From positions 1,578 to 65,577 of the forward strand of contig JBDHTA010000001.1 in NCBI GenBank assembly GCA_039808465.1: a DNA stretch of 64,000 nt. The letters run 5' to 3'. The stretch comes from Rhizobiaceae bacterium. GTDB taxonomy: Bacteria; Pseudomonadota; Alphaproteobacteria; Rhizobiales; Rhizobiaceae. The notes below the pieces were generated by a model. The model did no database searches and was not told the DNA's origin. It saw only the letters and a program-made list of their open reading frames with translations. Each line of letters begins with the position of its first letter. Positions within the stretch are counted from its first letter, which is position 1. Of this stretch, positions 1 to 8,233 are shown in pieces. Position numbers and translations under genes: made by a program.

Positions 1-611
1 TTCGGGCTCAGCGCGTAATAGTAGTCCAGCCCTCGAACAGCATAGATGTTTTCGAGCCCGAATTCCGCATCCACCATCTTTACCATCTGTTCGCTTCGGA
101 TAAAATCTATCAGGATATAGCTATCCGAAACGGTGCTGCCGGATGATGTCTGGGTAAACATGCCCAGCACATCGGATGGCGAGGAAGCTTCGATAGAGCG
201 CACGGCAAAGGATGCCGACGAATGATACTGGTCTTGTGCCACGAAGCACATGTAAAGCGTCGCCAGAAGGCCGGGAATGAGCACGACAGCCACAAAAGAA
301 GCCGCCATCGTAAAATGTCGTAAATGAAAGCGGCTTTTGCCCGTCACGGGGGCTTCTTCTACGGCCGGAGCGGTAGTATCAGCCTTCTTTTGCTTGTCTG
401 CCGGAGCACGCACCGGCGCGATTTCCGGAGCAGGCTCCGGCACCTTGACGGGCTGATCCAGCAACGATTTCAGCAAGGTGACGTGATCGAGCTTTGCGAT
501 CGCTGCCGTCTTTTTCGGTTGAACGGCATCCTTCGGCGCGGTCATCCGCTCCGGCAATGCATTTTCAGCAACCACTTTGATCGACGAGGCGGCAGGTTTC
601 GATCCGGTCAT
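1..611 (-). CDS. kpsE: Capsule polysaccharide export inner-membrane protein, KpsE/CtrB-like (N-terminal part; gene runs off the left edge)
   Basis: My own translation of the minus strand from ATG 611-609 gives MTGSKPAASSIKVV...KSRFHLRHFTMAASFVAVVLIPGLLATLYMCFVAQDQYHSSASFAVRSIEASSPSDV...FIRSEQMVKMVDAEFGLENIY. It stays open to position 1, so it is absent from the ORF track (no stop in window). One TM segment is followed by a copolymerase-like segment laid out as in KpsE. The start overlaps the kpsT stop (ATGA 608-611). Confidence 0.6.
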   Translation of the reverse strand, partial: MTGSKPAASSIKVVAENALPERMTAPKDAVQPKKTAAIAKLDHVTLLKSLLDQPVKVPEPAPEIAPVRAPADKQKKADTTAPAVEEAPVTGKSRFHLRHFTMAASFVAVVLIPGLLATLYMCFVAQDQYHSSASFAVRSIEASSPSDVLGMFTQTSSGSTVSDSYILIDFIRSEQMVKMVDAEFGLENIYAVRGLDYYYALSP

Positions 612-1270
612 GCGCTTTCCTTCATGTTCTTGTTGTGAACCGCGATCGCATCTTTCACGGAGTCGTAGAATGTCAGCTTGCCACGTTCCAATACGATGCC
701 GCAATCGCAATACTCGCGTATCGTCGCCGTGCTGTGGGATACCATGATCACATCCGAGTCATGAAGGCGCGTTTCAAACACGATCTTGCATTTCTTCTTG
801 AAGTTCGTGTCGCCAACCGCCGTGATTTCGTCCACGAGATAATAATCGAATTTCACACCCATGCTGATGCCAAAGGCAAGCCTGGCCTTCATGCCAGACG
901 AATACGTTCCTACCGGTGCCCGGAAGAACGCGCCAAGCTCCGCGAAGTCCTGAACATATTCTATGAGTTCTTCCGTATCAACACCGTAAATGCGCGCGAC
1001 AAAACGTACATTCTGTTCTCCGGTGAGGCTGGGCTGGAAGCTTCCCTGAAATCCCAGCGGCCAGGAGACCAGTCCATGCCGGATGATCCGCCCGGAATCG
1101 AGCGCGAGGGTTCCGGAAATCAGGCGCAGCAGCGTCGATTTGCCTGCGCCGTTCCTGCCGAGCAGGCCAATACTCTGCCCGCGCGGGATCGTCAGGCTCA
1201 CGCCGTCCAGGATGGGTTTGCGGATCCCTTTCGACTGAACGATTTTCGTAGCATTTTCAAGCCTGATCAT
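608..1270 (-). CDS. kpsT: Capsule polysaccharide export ABC transporter ATP-binding protein (KpsT/CtrD-like)
   Basis: Walker A GRNGAGKST, signature YSSGMKARLAF, Walker B DYYLVDE. The ~220 aa size is typical of KpsT. Start set to MIRLENATK (ATG 1270) inside track ORF 608..1324. Confidence 0.85.
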   Translation of the reverse strand: MIRLENATKIVQSKGIRKPILDGVSLTIPRGQSIGLLGRNGAGKSTLLRLISGTLALDSGRIIRHGLVSWPLGFQGSFQPSLTGEQNVRFVARIYGVDTEELIEYVQDFAELGAFFRAPVGTYSSGMKARLAFGISMGVKFDYYLVDEITAVGDTNFKKKCKIVFETRLHDSDVIMVSHSTATIREYCDCGIVLERGKLTFYDSVKDAIAVHNKNMKESA

Positions 1271-1351
1271 TGCGCCTCGAGATTTAAAGCAAACGCGGCG
1301 GACGGAAACACCCAAACATAACAAAATTATGGCCTTCCGGCCAATCCCTCA

Positions 1352-2680
1352 TTATTCGCCGAAGGGATAGAGAATTCGTCCCGCCAGACGCTGCGGCGGC
1401 GATGAAAGCTCCCTGAAGAACCGGACCGGGTTCGAGCGAAAATAATCGGCGTCATCCGCGTTGCCGATTCGCGCCACGACCCGGGCCAGCAAGGGCGTCA
1501 GGGCATGCCGCCAGCCCATGATGCCATATTCGCCCCACGCCTTCCAGGCGGGCCGTCCGGCAAGCTGGATGCTGACGAGGTCGGCCCGGTCATCGACCGC
1601 CGCGTTCATCAGCCAGTCCATCGCCTGCTCGATGGTCCAGCGGATCCCCGTGCACGGGTCGAAATACAGGGGATAGAGCACATAGGCACCGAGAAAAAGC
1701 TCTTCGATCGACAGTTTGCGGTGGCGCCGCCCGGTATCCTGCCGGTCGTCCGTCAGCCCCCATCCGGAATAGAAGGGGGCACCCATCACCGTAACGTGCA
1801 TGCCCCTGAGCAGAGCTTCGAAACCGACCAGCGATGTCATCGTATAGACGTGATCGACGCCTGCGAGCACCTCGGCCAAGGGCCGCGCTGCCGTATCGAC
1901 ATGACAGATATTCGCGACATCGGCGGGATCGCTGACCTGCTGGCGCACGCGGGCAAGCACATCCGGATGCGGGCGGTAGATGACGACCGCTTGCGGGTTT
2001 TCCGCTCTGGCCAGCCGCACGAGATCGTTGTTGGTCATTGGCCGGGACAATCCGAAACGGATCGAGGCATCCTGCTCCACCTGGCCGACCACCAGGATCC
2101 GCTTTTCCGTCCCGTTGCTCTGCGGCATGGCCGCCTTTCCGCCGCCGCCGTTATATTTCGTCAGCCCGGAGGCGAGAATGAAATCGATTGCCCGCCGCGA
2201 GCGCTCGATCTGGGAGGCGTCGAACTGCGCATTTGCCAGGATGTCCTCCAGATCCGAGGCGCCCCGGCAATCGAAATATGGGCGCTGCCGGTCGAGCGTC
2301 AGCGACAGCGGAGCCGTGCGGCTGGCGCTCTTGCGCCGCGACCTGAGGAAGCCGTCCTCCATGTAGAGCACGCCGATATGGTGGCGCTCCGCCAAGTCCT
2401 GATAGGGCGGCGGGCAGATTGGCCCCCATACGAGGATTTCGCGGTTGGCAGCGGCTGCGATCCTGTTCTGCCACTGCTTCGCGTCACGCTTTCCCGGATA
2501 AAGCGGCACGAAATGAAGATGGCGCCCGGGAAAATAGCGCCGCATGAAATCGTGCTTCCAGAACGGAAATCCGATTGCGAAGGTTTCGGTGGGCGGCTGG
2601 CCGGGCGGCAACGGATCGTTGAGGGGCAATGGAAGGCAATCATGCAGTTGGCGACGCATGATCCTACCAGATCCCGGCAT
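1352..2680 (-). CDS. Capsule biosynthesis protein, KpsS/KpsC (Capsule_synth, beta-Kdo transferase) family
   Basis: 442-aa ORF with ...ILVVGQVEQDASI...VVIYRPHPDV...VYTMTSLVGFEALLRGMHVTVMGAPFYSGWGLT..., the pattern I associate with KpsS/LipB-type proteins. The single-domain size fits KpsS rather than KpsC. An alternative start is MRRQL at 2659. Confidence 0.65.
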   Translation of the reverse strand: MPGSGRIMRRQLHDCLPLPLNDPLPPGQPPTETFAIGFPFWKHDFMRRYFPGRHLHFVPLYPGKRDAKQWQNRIAAAANREILVWGPICPPPYQDLAERHHIGVLYMEDGFLRSRRKSASRTAPLSLTLDRQRPYFDCRGASDLEDILANAQFDASQIERSRRAIDFILASGLTKYNGGGGKAAMPQSNGTEKRILVVGQVEQDASIRFGLSRPMTNNDLVRLARAENPQAVVIYRPHPDVLARVRQQVSDPADVANICHVDTAARPLAEVLAGVDHVYTMTSLVGFEALLRGMHVTVMGAPFYSGWGLTDDRQDTGRRHRKLSIEELFLGAYVLYPLYFDPCTGIRWTIEQAMDWLMNAAVDDRADLVSIQLAGRPAWKAWGEYGIMGWRHALTPLLARVVARIGNADDADYFRSNPVRFFRELSSPPQRLAGRILYPFGE

Positions 2681-2765
2681 TGAAGTTGAAGCCCGATTAT
2701 CGCCAGCCCCGCATTAATGCAGCCGCCGCCCTGCCATTGCCGGGAGAGCGGCGGCTGATTGCAAC

Positions 2766-3197
2766 CTATTTGGCCGCATCGCGCCGGGCGAGGATCTCGG
2801 TCATGCGCTTCCGGGCGGCGGGCGGCAGATCGGCGGGCAGGTCGGCTTCCGTCGCGGGCTTGCCGCCGACCTGGATCAGCATCGCCATGCCCATGGTGAA
2901 ATGCGGCGAGCATTTGATGCCCCAGATGCCCTCCTCGGTCAGCGTCACCTCGATTTCCTGATTGATCTTGCCGACGAATTTCTTGCCCCCTTCGGGGATC
3001 ATCCCGGCAATGGTCGCGGCATTGTGGCCGGGATCGGTGGCGAGGAATTTGACCGTGTCACCCGGCTTGATCACCAGATATTCCGGCTCGAAAGGCATCG
3101 GGCCGGTGTCGTTGCGATTGAGCATCTTGACTTCGAAGGTCTCGGCCATGGCCGGAAATGCAAACAGGCTCAGCAGAAGCGTCAGGCGAAGCAGCAT
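2766..3197 (-). CDS. Pseudoazurin (type-1 blue copper protein), secreted
   Basis: Signal peptide MLLRLTLLLSLFAFPAMA. The mature part aligns by eye with Alcaligenes pseudoazurin (FEVKMLN..FEP..I.PGDTV.F...D.GHN). All four Cu ligands are present: His in GHNA and Cys/His/Met in KCSPHFTMGM. Confidence 0.9.
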   Translation of the reverse strand: MLLRLTLLLSLFAFPAMAETFEVKMLNRNDTGPMPFEPEYLVIKPGDTVKFLATDPGHNAATIAGMIPEGGKKFVGKINQEIEVTLTEEGIWGIKCSPHFTMGMAMLIQVGGKPATEADLPADLPPAARKRMTEILARRDAAK

Positions 3198-3243
3198 GGA
3201 AGCAATCCTTTAGGATGTTGAATTGTGGATATCGGCCGGGCGC

Positions 3244-4281
3244 TCATCGCTCCCTCCCCCGGATCATGATGACGGCGAAGACCGGCGCGCCGACCAGCGC
3301 GGTGATGACGCCGATCGGCAGAACCTGCCCGGGCAGGGCGATGCGGGACACGACATCCGAGATGACGAGAAAGACGGCGCCCGCCAGCGCCGTGGCGGGC
3401 ACGAGACGGCTGTGCCGGGTGCCGACGAGAATGCGCATCGCATGCGGCACCACCAGCCCGACGAAGCCGATCGCGCCCGCAACGGACACCATGATCGCCG
3501 TCACCAGCGTCGCCGCCGCGATCAGCACGATCTGCGCCCGCCGCACGTCGATGCCGAGCGCGGCGGCACTTTCGGCCCCGAAGGTGAAGGCGTCGAGCGT
3601 GCGCGCATGCCAGAGCGTGACGCCAAGGCCGAGCAGCGTCATCGGGATGACCAGCCAGGTATCCGGCCAGCGCACGCCGGAGAGGTTGCCCAGCAGCCAG
3701 AACATGATGCCCCTCGCCTGCTCGGCGCTGGCCGATTGCGCGATGATCAGCGCCGTCAACGCGTTGAACATCTGCGAACCGGCGATCCCCGCCAGAATGA
3801 TCACGCCCGCGCCGCGCACGCCGGAACCGCCGCCCGCCGCATGGGCAAGCAGCGCAACCAGCGCGAAGGCGGTGAGCGCGCCCGCGAAGGCCCCCGCCGA
3901 CATGCTGACCAGCCCCGCCCCGAAGCCCGCCACCGCAACGGCGACCGCCCCGGTCGAGGCGCCCGCCGAGATGCCGAGCAGATAGGGTTCGGCCAGCGGA
4001 TTGCGCAGCAGCGCCTGAAGGATCAGCCCCGACAGCGCAAGGCTGGCGCCGCCGCAGGCGGCCACCACGGCGCGCGACATGCGGTAATGCCAGATCACGC
4101 TGAGTTCGACGGCATCGATCTCCCCTCTCGGGAAACCCGCCTTGGTGGCGAGAACATCGAAGACGGTGGAAAGCGGTATGCGCGTTTCGCCCACCGCCGT
4201 CCCGAACAGCAGCGCCGCGGCCAGAACAGCCGGAGCCAGCCAGAGCCATCTCAGGCTGCCTGCCGCAGCACTCCGTTTCAT
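3244..4281 (-). CDS. FecCD/BtuC-family ABC importer permease (iron-chelate/cobalamin type)
   Basis: 345 aa, highly hydrophobic, with the family-typical LSGLILQALLRNPLAEPYLLGISAGAS block. The start overlaps the upstream binding-protein stop (ATGA 4278-4281). Confidence 0.9.
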   Translation of the reverse strand: MKRSAAAGSLRWLWLAPAVLAAALLFGTAVGETRIPLSTVFDVLATKAGFPRGEIDAVELSVIWHYRMSRAVVAACGGASLALSGLILQALLRNPLAEPYLLGISAGASTGAVAVAVAGFGAGLVSMSAGAFAGALTAFALVALLAHAAGGGSGVRGAGVIILAGIAGSQMFNALTALIIAQSASAEQARGIMFWLLGNLSGVRWPDTWLVIPMTLLGLGVTLWHARTLDAFTFGAESAAALGIDVRRAQIVLIAAATLVTAIMVSVAGAIGFVGLVVPHAMRILVGTRHSRLVPATALAGAVFLVISDVVSRIALPGQVLPIGVITALVGAPVFAVIMIRGRER

Positions 4282-5288
4282 TTCTTCAGACCGTATCCGG
4301 CAAGCGTGTCGGACAGTTTTTCAAGCGCGAAAATGGCGCGCACCGACGGATCCATCGCATTGGCTTCCATGGTGAGGATGCGGTCCTGCTTGACGGCTTC
4401 CATCTCGCTGGTGACCGGATCGCTCTTGAGGAATTCCTGCTTGACGGCGATATCGTCGGCGGGGAAACGGCGGCGGTTCATCTCGGCGGCGACGATGAAG
4501 GTGGGCTTGGCCGTGGCGATGGTTTCCCAGCCGACGGTCGGCCATTCTTCCTCGGAGGACACGACGTTCTTCACGCCGAGCTTCGAGAGCATCCAGCCCG
4601 GCACGCCATTGGCGCCCGCGACGTAAGGATCGATCTCGATATCGGCGGAGGAATACCAGAACACGCCCGACACGTCGTCCGGCAGGTTCAACGCCTTGGC
4701 CTTCTCGACGGCGGCGTCCTCACGCGCCTTCAGGTCGGCGACCAGCTTTTCGCCGCGCTCGGCAACGTCGAAGATCTCGGCCAGCTCGGTGATGCCCTGA
4801 TAGAGCAGCTCGGTGTCGAACAGCGTCTTGCGCGCGCCGTCCATGCTCTGAGTGTTGTCCTTGCCGACGCATTCGGTCGGCATGATCCAGCTCGGAATCT
4901 TGGCGTCATCGAACATTTCGCGTGTGCCGACGGCGCCCTGCGGGCCGATCATCCATTCATAGGCGGTCACGACAAGCTCGGGCTTCTTCGTCACCACGCT
5001 TTCGAAGCTCGGGGCGTTGTCGGCCAGGCGCTCGACCGTCTTGTCGGTCTCGGCGAATTCCGGCAGCACCGGGTTGATCCAGAGCGCGGTGCCCTTCACC
5101 TTGTCGGCAAGGCCGAGCATGTAGATGATCTCGGTCGTGCTCTGGCCGACGCTGACGACGCTTTCCGGCGCCTTTTCGATGGTGATTTCGTGGCCGCAGC
5201 TCGTCAGCTTCAGCGGATAGGCGGTGGCCGCGAACGCCATCGGCGCCAGCGCGAAAGTGGCGATGAACGCCGTCGTGAACCTCAACAT
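4278..5288 (-). CDS. Periplasmic substrate-binding protein of FecB/BtuF-type (cluster A) ABC importer
   Basis: Start moved to MLRFTTAFIATFALAPMAFA (signal peptide, ATG 5288, SD GGAAGGA upstream). The 65-codon extension in the track lies over the riboswitch. The ...VVSVGQSTTEIIYMLGLADKVKGT... block is typical of this SBP class. Confidence 0.8.
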   Translation of the reverse strand: MLRFTTAFIATFALAPMAFAATAYPLKLTSCGHEITIEKAPESVVSVGQSTTEIIYMLGLADKVKGTALWINPVLPEFAETDKTVERLADNAPSFESVVTKKPELVVTAYEWMIGPQGAVGTREMFDDAKIPSWIMPTECVGKDNTQSMDGARKTLFDTELLYQGITELAEIFDVAERGEKLVADLKAREDAAVEKAKALNLPDDVSGVFWYSSADIEIDPYVAGANGVPGWMLSKLGVKNVVSSEEEWPTVGWETIATAKPTFIVAAEMNRRRFPADDIAVKQEFLKSDPVTSEMEAVKQDRILTMEANAMDPSVRAIFALEKLSDTLAGYGLKK

Positions 5289-5394
5289 GGCAATTCCTTC
5301 CCGTTGGAATATCGGCGGGCGGAAGGATGGCCGGGGATCGAACGGACAGGCGCGACCACAAGCCCGCCGAGCCGACCCGCTCGGTTGGTCAATC

Positions 5395-5575
5395 TCAGCC
5401 GGCAGGTCTCCTGACTGACGGGTCATCGCTTGCTCGACCTTCCCAGGCCCTGCGGCCCAGTGGATATTTCGAGTTTCGCTCACCGCCTACAGTTGCGGGG
5501 GCAGTTCCGTTTGGCGCCACTGGCGGCCACGGATTCCCTGTTCGTTCCTTTCGGAAACCGGCATCCCCTCCCTAT
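5395..5575 (-). promoter_or_regulatory. Cobalamin (B12) riboswitch
   Basis: The minus strand reads ...GATGCCGGTTTCCGAAAGGAACGAACAGGGAATCCGTGGCCGCCAGTGGCGCCAAACGGAACTGCCCCCGCAACTGTAGGCGGTGAGCG...CCACTGGGCCGCAGGGCCTGGGAAGGTCG...GTCAGTCAGGAGACCTGCCGGC. This contains a near-consensus B12 box (AGTCAGGAGACCTGCC), the GCCCCCGCAACTGT core, CCACTGG, GGGAAGG, and a P1 helix GCCGG/CCGGC. It lies 5' of the SBP gene. Confidence 0.85.
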
Positions 5576-5655
5576 CTACTTATGAGGGTGCTGGCAAGGC
5601 GCGGCGGCGCTTTTACCAGAGCTTTACGGTTCCCCCGCCATTCGCAGGCGCGGCC

Positions 5656-5681
5656 GGAACCGGAAGGCGGGTTGCGGCGTT
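5656..5681 (+). promoter_or_regulatory. Candidate EcfG-type (general stress response ECF sigma) promoter
   Basis: Perfect GGAAC(5656-5660)-N17-CGTT(5678-5681) in the intergenic region, about 90 nt upstream of ATG 5771 and in the correct orientation. Confidence 0.35.
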
Positions 5682-5770
5682 GACAGGCCTGTAGCCCCAT
5701 GTCCCGAACCGGGGCGAAATCTGCCAGAAAGACCCGTCATGACATCCAGCGGAACCGGTGATTGCCCGTG

Positions 5771-7345
5771 ATGAACATCGCCATCGTCGGCGCCGGTCCG
5801 ACCGGCATCTATACCTTCCTGTCCCTGCTCGGCAGCGAAACGCCGCTTTCCATCGCCATCTATGAAAAGGCCGGGGAAGCCGGTGTCGGCATGCCCTATA
5901 ATGACGACGAAAACAGCCGCCTGATGCTCGCCAACATCGCCAGCATCGAGATCCCGCCGATCGACTCCACCTATCTCGACTGGCTGCGCGATCAGGATGC
6001 GGGACGCCTTGCCCGCTATGGCGTCGACAAGGCCGCGCTGCATGAGCGGCAATTCCTGCCGCGCATCCTGCTCGGGCATTATTTCAGGGATCAGTTTCTG
6101 GCGCTGGTCGGCCGGGCAAGGGAAAAGGGGTTCGATGTCGGCGTGCATGAATCCTGCGAGGTCACCGATATCGAAGCCAGCGCCGATGGCGTGCGGCTGC
6201 GGGTGGCGGGCGAGACGGTGCCGACGCTGTTCGATCTCGCGGTCATCGCTACCGGCCATGTCTGGCCCGAGGAGGACGAGGCGACGAAGAGTTATTTCCC
6301 GAGCCCGTGGTCGGGGCTGATCGAGGCGAAAATTCCCGCCTGCAAGGTCGGCATCATGGGCACCTCGCTCAGCGCCATCGATGCCGCCATGGCCGTGGTG
6401 ACCCAGCACGGGCGTTTTGCCGAAACCGGGGATGGCGGGCTCGGCTTCGAACGGGATTGCGGCAGCGAGGCGCTGTCGATCACGCTGATGTCGCGCTCCG
6501 GCATCCTGCCGGAAGCGGATTTCTATTGCCCCATTCCCTACGAGCCGCTGCGCATCGCCACGCCGCAGGCCATCGAGACGGAAATCGCCGCCGGGCCGGA
6601 GGGCCTGCTCGACCGGGTCTTTGACCTTGTGCGCCGGGAAATCGAGGCTGCCGATCCCGTCTGGAGTGAGCGCGTCGGGCTCTCCACGCTCGATGCCGAT
6701 GGTTTCGCGGACGCCTACTTCGCCGACAGGCAGCGTCACGATCCCTTCCGCTGGGCCGAATACAATCTGGCGGAAGCCGAGCGCAACAAGCGCGACAGGC
6801 ACACGGTTCCCTGGCGCTACGCGATCCTGCGGCTGCATGAAGCGGTGCAGGAGATCGTTCCCCATCTCGATGACGCCGGGCGGGAGCGGTTCGACGCCGG
6901 GCTTTGCAAGGTCTTCGTCGACAATTACGCCGCCATTCCAGCCGAATCGATCCGCAGGCTGCTGGCGCTGCGCGATGCCGGTCTGATCGAGGTGCTCGAA
7001 CTCGGGCAGGATTACGACATGGATATCCGCGACGGCCACACCGTCATCGCCACCGGCAAGGGCAGATGGAGCTTCGATGTTTTCATCGACGCGCGCGGCC
7101 AGAAGCCGCTCGAAACCAGGGATCTGCCGTTTCCCTCGCTGCGGCGGCTTTTGCTGGCCAGCGGCGAGGAAATTCCCGCAACCGGCGACGATTACACGCT
7201 TCTGAAGCCGGAGATGCTGCGCGGCCGCATCGCGTTCGCCGCCCTGCCCTACCTCATTCACGACCAGCCCTTCGTGCAGGGGATCACCGCGAGCGCGGAT
7301 ATCGGCGCGGCGATAGCCCGCTCCGTGACGCGGGCGCCGCGCTGA
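5771..7345 (+). CDS. FAD/NAD(P)-binding oxidoreductase of unknown function
   Basis: N-terminal Rossmann fingerprint MNIAIVGAGPTGIYTF...IAIYEK and a second dinucleotide-type segment VGIMGTSLSAIDAA. ATG 5771 is preferred over TTG 5762 from the track. Resembles FAD-NAD(P)-binding (PF13454-like) proteins from memory only. Confidence 0.7.
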   Translation: MNIAIVGAGPTGIYTFLSLLGSETPLSIAIYEKAGEAGVGMPYNDDENSRLMLANIASIEIPPIDSTYLDWLRDQDAGRLARYGVDKAALHERQFLPRILLGHYFRDQFLALVGRAREKGFDVGVHESCEVTDIEASADGVRLRVAGETVPTLFDLAVIATGHVWPEEDEATKSYFPSPWSGLIEAKIPACKVGIMGTSLSAIDAAMAVVTQHGRFAETGDGGLGFERDCGSEALSITLMSRSGILPEADFYCPIPYEPLRIATPQAIETEIAAGPEGLLDRVFDLVRREIEAADPVWSERVGLSTLDADGFADAYFADRQRHDPFRWAEYNLAEAERNKRDRHTVPWRYAILRLHEAVQEIVPHLDDAGRERFDAGLCKVFVDNYAAIPAESIRRLLALRDAGLIEVLELGQDYDMDIRDGHTVIATGKGRWSFDVFIDARGQKPLETRDLPFPSLRRLLLASGEEIPATGDDYTLLKPEMLRGRIAFAALPYLIHDQPFVQGITASADIGAAIARSVTRAPR

Positions 7346-7432
7346 CCGGCCGCGCATGAATCCGGTTGCGCCGGGACGCGGGATCGTCATTCTGCTCCGG
7401 CGAACGGGTAAAGGCTGCGAAAGGTATCGGAC

Positions 7433-8131
7433 GTGTTGCGCAATCTCGATTTCACCTCCTGGCATAGTCTTCTCGTGACGCTGATCGGGCTGGCGCTGTT
7501 CACCCTGATCAGCATCGGCATCCGTCTGGTGATGATGTTCACGATCCAGCAGCGGCGCGAGCGGATGAACCGGCAGATCAACGAGCGCCTGCGCACGCTG
7601 ATCGCCGCGTACAAGACGCTGGGCGGCTCGTTCACCGGCAATCTCGCCGTCGATCCCACCCATCTGCGCGACCTGCGGCAGCGGGCGGATCTCTCCGCCG
7701 AAGCCGCCGCCGAAAGCCTCGCCGCAAGCTCCGAGCGCAGCCGCCGCATCCGCGACGATGTCGAGGCGGCCCTTTCGGATATCCTTCTGCTCGGCACCGA
7801 GGAACAGGTGCGGCTGGCCGAAAGGGCCGTGAGGGAGCTTGTTTCCGGTCGCCCCGTGCATACGCAGGATCTGGTCGTTTCCCTGAGAAGCTTTATCCGG
7901 GAGGCGCTGGATCTCGATCCCGTCCCCGCCGATCTCGCCATCCCCATGCAAGGCCCTGCCCGCCCCTCGGGCAGCGGCGGACGATCGAAGGGCGAGCGCG
8001 GCAAAGAGGGAGCGGGCGGCCGGGCAGGAGGCGGCGGCGGCATGGGCATGGGAATGGGCGGCGGCGGCATGATGGGCGGCATGGGCCATACCGGCCGCGA
8101 CAGCGATGAAACGCCGCCCGATCCGCGCTGA
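7433..8131 (+). CDS. Hypothetical membrane-anchored protein with Gly/Met-rich C-terminal tail
   Basis: GTG start preceded by GAAAGG. One N-terminal TM (WHSLLVTLIGLALFTLISIGIRLVMMFTI), a charged helical middle, and the tail GGRAGGGGGMGMGMGGGGMMGGMGH. Codon usage is consistent with the neighbours. I do not recognise the family. Confidence 0.55.
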   Translation: MLRNLDFTSWHSLLVTLIGLALFTLISIGIRLVMMFTIQQRRERMNRQINERLRTLIAAYKTLGGSFTGNLAVDPTHLRDLRQRADLSAEAAAESLAASSERSRRIRDDVEAALSDILLLGTEEQVRLAERAVRELVSGRPVHTQDLVVSLRSFIREALDLDPVPADLAIPMQGPARPSGSGGRSKGERGKEGAGGRAGGGGGMGMGMGGGGMMGGMGHTGRDSDETPPDPR

Positions 8132-8233
8132 CATCCGCCCGCATGCCGTCAGCGCCGCCGCGAGAAGCGCCAGCGCGGGGATGGCGCGGCCGTCACCGGT
8201 TTTCCCGGTCCCGGCGTGCCGGGAGGACGCAGA

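Noticed and set aside
3182-4626. ORFs 3182..4249(-), 3223..4626(+) and 3158..3985(+), overlapping the permease gene
   Set aside because: These are alternative or antisense frames of the FecCD permease and SBP genes. Their products are Arg/Pro/Gly-rich and lack any membrane or enzyme signature.
8040-8100. Gly-Met repeat read as evidence of a GroEL-like chaperonin
   Set aside because: Only the tail composition is similar. The protein is 232 aa with an N-terminal TM helix and no chaperonin domains.
5624-8134. 836-aa ORF on the minus strand
   Set aside because: It runs antisense across two plus-strand genes with recognisable features: a Rossmann motif in one and a TM helix plus SD in the other. 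Its product is an Arg/Gly/Ala/His-rich low-complexity string with no motifs. This is a typical stop-free antisense frame in GC-rich DNA.
8209-8224. Hairpin TCCCGGC-gt-GCCGGGA between the convergent membrane-protein and encapsulin genes, as a bidirectional terminator
   Set aside because: The stem is only 7 bp with a 2-nt loop, and no U-tract is present on either strand. It is too weak to call.
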